DNA of 64,000 nucleotides from Acholeplasma sp. (GTDB lineage Bacteria; Bacillota_I; Bacilli_A; Acholeplasmatales; UBA5453): NCBI GenBank assembly GCA_036677365.1, contig JAVBWN010000015.1, positions 1 to 64,000 of the forward strand, read 5' to 3'. Shown piece by piece: positions 57,513 to 64,000 of this stretch (position 1 is its first letter; each line of letters starts with the position of its first letter). The notes under the pieces were generated by a model. It saw only the letters and a program-made list of their open reading frames with translations, ran no database searches and was not told where the DNA came from. The position numbers and the translations under genes were made by a program.

Positions 57513-58067
57513 CTACTTTATTAAGAGTTGAAGGGCTTGTTTGATGCGTTTTTCGGTTGACAAAGCGGGGTCTAATTTAGAGATGACTTTACGTAATTCT
57601 GAGGCAGAATACCCCAATGCCATCAATGCTTCTTGGACTTCATCTTTATGGTTGGTGTGAATTTCAAGGGCTTTTTTGTCCAATTTACCTTTCAAATCGA
57701 GTATGATTTGTTGTGCACTCTTTGGGCCAATCCCTGGAAATTTGGTTAAAAACTTGACGTCTTGATTTTCAATGGCATATTCGATTTGGTCTGGTTTACC
57801 AGAAGCTAAGATCGATAGTGCACTTTTAGGGCCAATACCAGAAACACTGATCAAATCTTCGAAGAGATTTCTGGCTTCTTTGGTATCAAAACCATACAAA
57901 GTATCTTGGTCTTCGCGCACATGGTGATGTAAATACATTTTGACTGTTTCACCTAATTTATAAATATATGGGTTGGGTGCAACAATCAAATAACCAACGC
58001 CTTGGTTATCCAAAACCACGTTGGTTGGTTCAATTTCAGCAATCGTGCCAATGATGTAAGCATACAT
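57513..58067 (-). CDS. ruvA: Holliday junction DNA-binding protein RuvA
   Basis: [21 protein letters not shown] and ALMALGY motifs. Confidence 0.96.
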   Translation of the reverse strand: MYAYIIGTIAEIEPTNVVLDNQGVGYLIVAPNPYIYKLGETVKMYLHHHVREDQDTLYGFDTKEARNLFEDLISVSGIGPKSALSILASGKPDQIEYAIENQDVKFLTKFPGIGPKSAQQIILDLKGKLDKKALEIHTNHKDEVQEALMALGYSASELRKVISKLDPALSTEKRIKQALQLLIK

Positions 58068-58111
58068 AAAAAAATCACCTCAATAACAAAACCATTATAC
58101 CATGATTTATT

Positions 58112-58705
58112 TTATAAAACGGGTTTTTCAAGCACAACCCGCGATTTGTTGTCTGAATAAATCAACTTCAAATCAAAATGTTCACATAAATAATAAAATG
58201 ACTGTATGTTATAAAAAACGACATGGGTAACATCTCTCACATACCACCATTGGTGGATGTTTTCATAATCTTCATAAAACTGGGTTTGAATGATGAGTCT
58301 TCCGCCTGGGTTTAATAGTTCAACCAATCCATTAAATGCCTGGATTGGTTCTTCAAAATGTTCGATGACCTCAATCAGGATAATGTTATCAAATCTTTGG
58401 TTGAAAATAGCTCTGTCTGGATAATAAAACAAATCATATAAAGCCAAGTCTGGGATGAATTGCTTAAGCACTGCCCCTTCACCACACCCATAATCTAAAG
58501 TGGTTCCTTTATTCATATATATACCGATGAACTCATCAAAAATACGTTTTTGGTATGCGATATATTCTAAATTATCTTCACCATTATGGTGGGTATCATA
58601 CCGCACTTTCGCATCCGCTAAAGATATCCAGTGTTTACGGTCTTTTCTCACGATATGGGTCATTTGATCGATATGAAATTGTATTTTTGGGATTTTTTTC
58701 TTCAT
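58112..58705 (-). CDS. Class I SAM-dependent methyltransferase
   Basis: LDYGCGEG, EVIEHF and WWYVRDVTHVVFY motifs. Confidence 0.85.
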   Translation of the reverse strand: MKKKIPKIQFHIDQMTHIVRKDRKHWISLADAKVRYDTHHNGEDNLEYIAYQKRIFDEFIGIYMNKGTTLDYGCGEGAVLKQFIPDLALYDLFYYPDRAIFNQRFDNIILIEVIEHFEEPIQAFNGLVELLNPGGRLIIQTQFYEDYENIHQWWYVRDVTHVVFYNIQSFYYLCEHFDLKLIYSDNKSRVVLEKPVL

Positions 58706-58784
58706 AATCCATTCCTTTACAGTTTGATTATACCAAATGATGGCTTTATTATGGTATAATAAACAAGAATTAGAGGTGGTTTAT

Positions 58785-61700
58785 TTGAGTAAAATAAACG
58801 CTAAAAATTATGAATATAAACAAAAAGGGCGTTTCGATACGCTTTTTCGTGATGTCTTAACCGCGTATGCCATCACCAATGAAACGTCTCACCAGCTCAA
58901 AGCAACCCGTGTTTCTTTAGAAAACCTGTATGACCAAATCATTGAACTCAATCGACAATATGAAAATTCACTCATACGATATACTAAAGATTACTCGATT
59001 CAACTCTCCGAAATCAACAAATCACACCAAGACGCATTACATCAGCTCGATGTGGTTTACGCCGATACGCTCAAGCAATTTAAACAACAAGTCGTCAATG
59101 AAAACATTGAAGCCAATAAGAAATTAACGGAGATTCATCTCAATTTTCAAAGACAAACACAGCAGACAAATATCCACATCTACCGTGCATTATTAGAGAT
59201 GAAACAACGTCATCAAGAACTCGATTTTGAATATGAACAAGAAAAAGTGTCCTATCAAAAAGCGATCGATGAAATTGAAAAAATCAAGGAACAAACGCTT
59301 AAAGACATTGAAAAACGTTTTGAAAACGAACTTAAAGATAATAAAGCCGCTGACCAAGCCAGACAAGTTCGACTCAATACAGAAATTCAAACCATTCAAA
59401 CCAAAAAACAATCGGAACAAACCGATTTTGATGAGTCTATTCTAAAAATCAAAACGGTATTTAACCGTGTCACCATCAAGTTCAATCAAAAAATCCGTGA
59501 CATTCAAAAGAAATATCAAAAAATCATGGGTCAACAAGAATCGGATATTCAAAGTGAAATCGAACGTGTTCAAGAAGCAATGACTGCGCTCAAACAATCT
59601 TATCAAGATCAAGACCGTTTAACTCGCGATGAGTTTGAAGATGAATTGATCAAGTACGATGCCCGATTGGATCAACTCAAAATCAACTACGAAGCCACCA
59701 AAGACCAAATCATCCGCAACTTCTCTCGAGACATTACTGTCCACAACTCTAAACTGGCGAATGCGAAAGAACAAATCAACCTCCAATTGATTGCTCTTGA
59801 AAAAATGACCCAACAGCACCGTTTAGAGTTATCTAAAGAGGCTTTGGATTATCATGAACGCTTAGGTGCGATTAATAAAAACTATATCAAAGAAAAAAAC
59901 AACCTAGAGTTACAAGCCAAACAAGCGATCAGAGATACTTCGATTCAAAATCGAATAAGACAAAAGCGTCATCAGCATGAACTGTTGACCCACGAATTTG
60001 AATTCATTAAAACCCAGGAAATTTACCGTCTTAAACGTAGAATGGCTGAGCGTTTTAAAGAACAAGAGTTGCGCAGACATAAATATGAGTTTGAAAAAGA
60101 TTGGTTGAAACTGAATGACCAGAATAAAATGCTTGAAAAACGTTTATTCATTGAAAACCAAGTGTTGCGTGAACAACAAGGTCTAGATATTTACCCTTAT
60201 GAGGCCATGGTATTATTGGCTAGGGAAGTTCATGACGCTGAAATGAATTATCGGACCCTAGAGAACAACCATTATAAACAACTATTTTCGCTAGATGAAC
60301 GTAAACTAAACTATGTGTCTACCATCGATGAAAATACCCTTAAACATGAAAAAAACAGGATCATTTTGAAACACGATTACGATATCAAGCGCACCAATGT
60401 GGTCGCTTATTTGGACATGGAGTATGCCAAAAATAGTCTAAGTGGCCATAAACAAATATTCGATGAACGTAAAAAAGAGTATGAATTACAATATCAAAAA
60501 CGAGAAAAAGGGTATTTATTTGAGCAAGATAAAGCCAAAGAAATCCGAATATTCGAACAAAAAATGATATCCTTCTCACAAAAATTACTTTCACAAATCA
60601 TCGAAGTCCAAGAATCCAAAGCGCTGATTGAATATGATTCACAAGTAGAGCTTGAAAAGAGCCGTCATACCAAAGAAATCGGAATTCGAAAAGCAAGACG
60701 TATTTTAGATACCAGCATGAACGAGACACAGCGTCAAAAACGTTTATTCGACATTTACTTTCAAATGCTGCTTGTCATGCAAAATGAGTTTGAAAACATT
60801 CTATTATTGTTAAGGGATATTTTCCAAACTTCTTCGATTGAACAATGGCGTGGTTCTTTAAAATTTATTCACGACATTTTAGATGAACAAACCGCGTTAA
60901 AAACAAAGCTCATCGAAGAACTTGAAGCCGAAACCACCGCATATTACCAAGAAAAAATCAATGAACTCACCGCATTTAAATACATGAATTTAAAAGAATC
61001 CATCCTCAGTGATTATGAATCTGAACACAAATTATATGTGGAACAAATCACGATGTTGGATGAACAATTGAAGTCACTGCGTGCGAAAGGGGCCGATTTA
61101 TACCAACAAATTGCCCACTTACAAAATGAAAATGCCAACATCGAATCGACCAAAGCATTGATCTATGAACAAATTTCACGCATTTCATCGCGTTTAATCT
61201 CCAAACAACAACGGAAGACTGCATGTAACTTAAAAAATGAATTGGCCACATTAAATAAAGAAATTCATAAGAACAATGATTTGATCAAACATATTCAAGA
61301 ACAGATCCGTAAAACCAATAAAGAGATGCAAAGCCTCGACAAAAATCATAAACCCCTTGAAATGATGTTGGTTAAAATCGAAAAAACGCGTGAATTAAGA
61401 GAGAAAAATTTGGACCGCTCACAATATGAAGAGGGCCGTGTTTACTATGATTCCATTGATGCTATTGAGGCCCTAACAGCGTTAATTCTTAAAACAAACG
61501 ATGATTTGTTAGCCCATACCAAGGCGGTTTTAAATGCACTCGACCAAGATGTTATATTGGAAAAGGTATTTTCTACTTCTTATATCTACTTGTCAAAACA
61601 AGCGGTCAAAACCCGTACACAGTTCTTGAATTACCACAAGAAAGGCATCGCTTTATGTGATCAACAATTCAATCAAATACGCTATGAACAACACCGTATC

Positions 61701-62441
61701 ATGAAAGAATATGAGACCGCCTATGATCTCACACAACACAATATCGCCGACACCTTGGAAAAACGTGTTCAAAAGATGACTGAAAAATTGAAGGAACTCG
61801 AAAATTACCGACTATCTTTCACTAAAGTTCAACAACGCCAACTTCAGTCACAACTCAAAGGCATTGATTTGGCACTAACCCATTTCATTGAGCAACACAA
61901 TGATAAATCCAATGCAGGCTTAAAAGCGTATCAACAAGCGGTAGAACGACGTGAGACTTTGTTGATGGCGACAAAAACAAACACAGAAAGCGTCACCGCT
62001 GAACTTGAAGCCAAATTCAAAGCAAGCAACACCAATATTGACAATCAAAACGCGGTCGCATTTAAAGAACTTTCTAAAAAGGTTTTCGCTGTGGATGCCG
62101 ATATTAAACAGGCAACCTTAGTATTTGATGAGAAAATTGCGTTTTATGCCGAAAAAGATGCGCTTGCACGCACACGCATCCAAGAAAACCTCAATCAAAA
62201 TCGTCTAAAATCGCACCGTGCCATCGGACAATACCAATTTGATATCGAAGTCATGAAACTTCAAATGACCCGCCATGCCAAACGTGCCGACGTGGTTTGT
62301 AGTCGAAAGATTAAACACTTGATGATTAAAGAACACTTAATGAAGTTCCCACTGAGAAGCGATACTTCAAAAACCATCAAACGTCGTAAACGACAAGCGA
62401 AACACACGTGGGCCATTAAACAAAATAAACTAATTCACTAA
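58785..62441 (+). CDS. Very large coiled-coil protein of unknown function (~1,218 aa)
   Basis: E/K/Q/L-rich, almost Pro-free and heptad-like throughout. TTG start after GAGGTG, with TGnTATAAT upstream. Confidence 0.8.
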   Translation: MSKINAKNYEYKQKGRFDTLFRDVLTAYAITNETSHQLKATRVSLENLYDQIIELNRQYENSLIRYTKDYSIQLSEINKSHQDALHQLDVVYADTLKQFKQQVVNENIEANKKLTEIHLNFQRQTQQTNIHIYRALLEMKQRHQELDFEYEQEKVSYQKAIDEIEKIKEQTLKDIEKRFENELKDNKAADQARQVRLNTEIQTIQTKKQSEQTDFDESILKIKTVFNRVTIKFNQKIRDIQKKYQKIMGQQESDIQSEIERVQEAMTALKQSYQDQDRLTRDEFEDELIKYDARLDQLKINYEATKDQIIRNFSRDITVHNSKLANAKEQINLQLIALEKMTQQHRLELSKEALDYHERLGAINKNYIKEKNNLELQAKQAIRDTSIQNRIRQKRHQHELLTHEFEFIKTQEIYRLKRRMAERFKEQELRRHKYEFEKDWLKLNDQNKMLEKRLFIENQVLREQQGLDIYPYEAMVLLAREVHDAEMNYRTLENNHYKQLFSLDERKLNYVSTIDENTLKHEKNRIILKHDYDIKRTNVVAYLDMEYAKNSLSGHKQIFDERKKEYELQYQKREKGYLFEQDKAKEIRIFEQKMISFSQKLLSQIIEVQESKALIEYDSQVELEKSRHTKEIGIRKARRILDTSMNETQRQKRLFDIYFQMLLVMQNEFENILLLLRDIFQTSSIEQWRGSLKFIHDILDEQTALKTKLIEELEAETTAYYQEKINELTAFKYMNLKESILSDYESEHKLYVEQITMLDEQLKSLRAKGADLYQQIAHLQNENANIESTKALIYEQISRISSRLISKQQRKTACNLKNELATLNKEIHKNNDLIKHIQEQIRKTNKEMQSLDKNHKPLEMMLVKIEKTRELREKNLDRSQYEEGRVYYDSIDAIEALTALILKTNDDLLAHTKAVLNALDQDVILEKVFSTSYIYLSKQAVKTRTQFLNYHKKGIALCDQQFNQIRYEQHRIMKEYETAYDLTQHNIADTLEKRVQKMTEKLKELENYRLSFTKVQQRQLQSQLKGIDLALTHFIEQHNDKSNAGLKAYQQAVERRETLLMATKTNTESVTAELEAKFKASNTNIDNQNAVAFKELSKKVFAVDADIKQATLVFDEKIAFYAEKDALARTRIQENLNQNRLKSHRAIGQYQFDIEVMKLQMTRHAKRADVVCSRKIKHLMIKEHLMKFPLRSDTSKTIKRRKRQAKHTWAIKQNKLIH

Positions 62442-62482
62442 AAAAATCCGCCGAGTAGACTCAGTCTATTGGGCGGATTTTC
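62440..62482. terminator. Bidirectional terminator
   Basis: AAAATCCGCC...GGCGGATTTT long hairpin between convergent genes. Confidence 0.75.
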
Positions 62483-62485
62483 ATC

Positions 62486-63253
62486 TTATATGTGTTTGTC
62501 TAACCAAGCGACGACATCATTCAAGACATCTTCACGGTCAAGTTCATTTAATGTTTCATGCCAATCATTCGGGTAAATTTTTAACGTTTTATCGGGTTGT
62601 GATAACAATTCAAACAGTCGATTTGAAAACTCAACTGGGACAATTTTATCCAATGCACCATGGAACATCAATATCGGTTTGTTGTGATAAATGAGGTTTT
62701 TATTTAAGTGTTTGACTCCTTTTACAAACATTTCACCAATCAAATTGATGTAGTACTTTTTAAGTACCAATGGGTCACGCATATAGTCGTCTTCTACTTT
62801 TTCAATGTGTGACAACATATTGCGTGCCAAATTGTTTTTCACTTGTAAAAAACCATAATACTTGAATCCGATGTAACGGACAAACTGCACATCTTTGATG
62901 TAATAGGTGGGTCCAGCACTGGTAATTGAAGCATCAAATCCATTGTCTTGGGTCATATAAAGGTGTGTGATCAACGCACCCATGGAGTGACCAAACAAAA
63001 TGTTTCTTGAACCTTTATGTGCGTTAAATACAGTGGTTACATCATCCAAATAATCCCGATAGGTACGGATGTAGCCGCGTTTACCTTCTGACTTCCCATG
63101 ACCTCGCAAATCAAAACGAACGACGGAATATCCTTTATCGTTTAAAAACTTAGCGACATGATCGTATCTACCGACATGTTCAGCAATCCCATGCACGATG
63201 AAAATACGCATTTTTTCATTTGGTACAATGTTTGTTACGATATTTAATTTCAT
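62486..63253 (-). CDS. Alpha/beta hydrolase (lysophospholipase / monoacylglycerol lipase family)
   Basis: VHGIAEH, DLRGHGKS, GHSMG nucleophile motif and HETLNE; AAGGAG RBS at MKLNIV. Confidence 0.9.
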   Translation of the reverse strand: MKLNIVTNIVPNEKMRIFIVHGIAEHVGRYDHVAKFLNDKGYSVVRFDLRGHGKSEGKRGYIRTYRDYLDDVTTVFNAHKGSRNILFGHSMGALITHLYMTQDNGFDASITSAGPTYYIKDVQFVRYIGFKYYGFLQVKNNLARNMLSHIEKVEDDYMRDPLVLKKYYINLIGEMFVKGVKHLNKNLIYHNKPILMFHGALDKIVPVEFSNRLFELLSQPDKTLKIYPNDWHETLNELDREDVLNDVVAWLDKHI

Positions 63254-63326
63254 AATCACGCTCTCCTTACCCTTATTATAAAATAAAAACACACTTTCAA
63301 CAATTGAAAGTGTGTAAATTTGATGA

Positions 63327-64000
63327 TTAATCGGTAAATTCAAATTCGTATTCAAAGACACGAACGCTGTCACCCGATTGAACACCGGCTTTTCTAAGTG
63401 CTTCATCGACACCGTAACTTCTCAGTTGTCTAGCAAAACGTCTGACGTTTTCTTCTTTAGAAAAATCGGTACGCATGAATAAACGATATAAACCTTCACC
63501 TTTGACAACATAGACACCATCCCCTGCCTTTTCAATGGTAAAGAACGCTTCTTCCTTGTTTTTGATGTAGTTTTTATGTACTTCAGAGATTTCAAATTTC
63601 GGGGTAATTTCAACGAGGTCCATCGCTCGATAAACGAGTTCTTTTAAACCTTGTTTCGTGATTGATGAGATTGGGAAAACCTCATATTGATCGCCGATTT
63701 GTTCTTTGAATTTTTCTAAATTTGCCCACGCGTTTGGTAAATCCATTTTGGATGCTGCGATGATCATCGGGCGTTTGAGTAAATCGTAATTGTATGATTC
63801 CAATTCTTTATTGATTTTCAGGAAGTCTTCGTAAGGGTTTTTCTCCTCAAGTGAATCCATTTCAACCACATGGATGATGACACGGCAACGTTCAATGTGT
63901 TTTAAGAACTGAATGCCTAAGCCGGCACCTAAGGATGCCCCTTCGATGAGCCCTGGCAAGTCAGCCATGACAAAACTCTTATTTTCACCCACGTAAACAA
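63327..64000 (-). CDS. obgE: GTPase ObgE (C-terminal part; truncated by window edge)
   Basis: ADLPGLIEGA..GLGIQFLKHIERCR, KMD and ISS motifs, plus the C-terminal OCT domain GVDEALRKAG..GDSVR..EFEF. Confidence 0.95.
   Translation of the reverse strand, partial: VYVGENKSFVMADLPGLIEGASLGAGLGIQFLKHIERCRVIIHVVEMDSLEEKNPYEDFLKINKELESYNYDLLKRPMIIAASKMDLPNAWANLEKFKEQIGDQYEVFPISSITKQGLKELVYRAMDLVEITPKFEISEVHKNYIKNKEEAFFTIEKAGDGVYVVKGEGLYRLFMRTDFSKEENVRRFARQLRSYGVDEALRKAGVQSGDSVRVFEYEFEFTD

Noticed and set aside
58785..62441. SMC/SbcC or phage tape-measure assignment
   Set aside because: No Walker A/B, signature or hinge motifs, and no phage genes nearby.
1..64000. CRISPR arrays, IS elements, prophage, tRNA/rRNA, and the many short antisense ORFs
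   Set aside because: No repeat-spacer arrays, transposase/integrase motifs or structural RNA signatures were seen by eye. The short ORFs lie opposite or inside well-supported genes.

Overview
This is a chromosomal segment from a low-GC, Firmicutes-derived bacterium. It uses genetic code 11 (TGA serves as stop in ATGA gene overlaps), and gene style and content suggest Acholeplasmataceae; that assignment is an inference. Most genes lie on the minus strand. (1) 1-16 kb is a probable replication-terminus region: pyk, asparaginase, a 28-bp dif-like site at 3018-3045, a GyrI-like protein, a tightly coupled parE-parC-nucleoside kinase-pseudo-Fic operon, plsY, yneF, a 55-aa ferredoxin missed by the ORF track, and a second degenerate Fic coupled to rsmD. 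(2) 16-29 kb holds a DEAD-box helicase, a 6S-like small RNA with its own promoter and terminator, galU, infC-rpmI-rplT with an L20 leader (L20 has a Rho_N-like tail), a four-gene operon led by a secreted aerolysin/ETX-MTX2-like protein plus an ABC transporter, pepP, pgm and coaX-panT. (3) 29.8-50.3 kb is a ~20 kb pectin/galacturonate utilisation locus: uxaBAC, an inverted CE8 esterase gene, an ABC importer with an Ig-domain lipoprotein and five unknown membrane proteins, GH28, eda, kdgK, IclR and kduID, with a clear promoter, an IclR-type operator and a cre-like site. (4) 50-64 kb is housekeeping: AKR, M42 peptidase, trmB, HPr, a Cys-less EIIB-like protein, uppP, queA-ruvBA, a ~1,200-aa coiled-coil protein, a lysophospholipase and partial obgE. 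I saw no mobile elements, CRISPR arrays, tRNAs or rRNAs. All calls come from reading motifs by eye; no searches were run.
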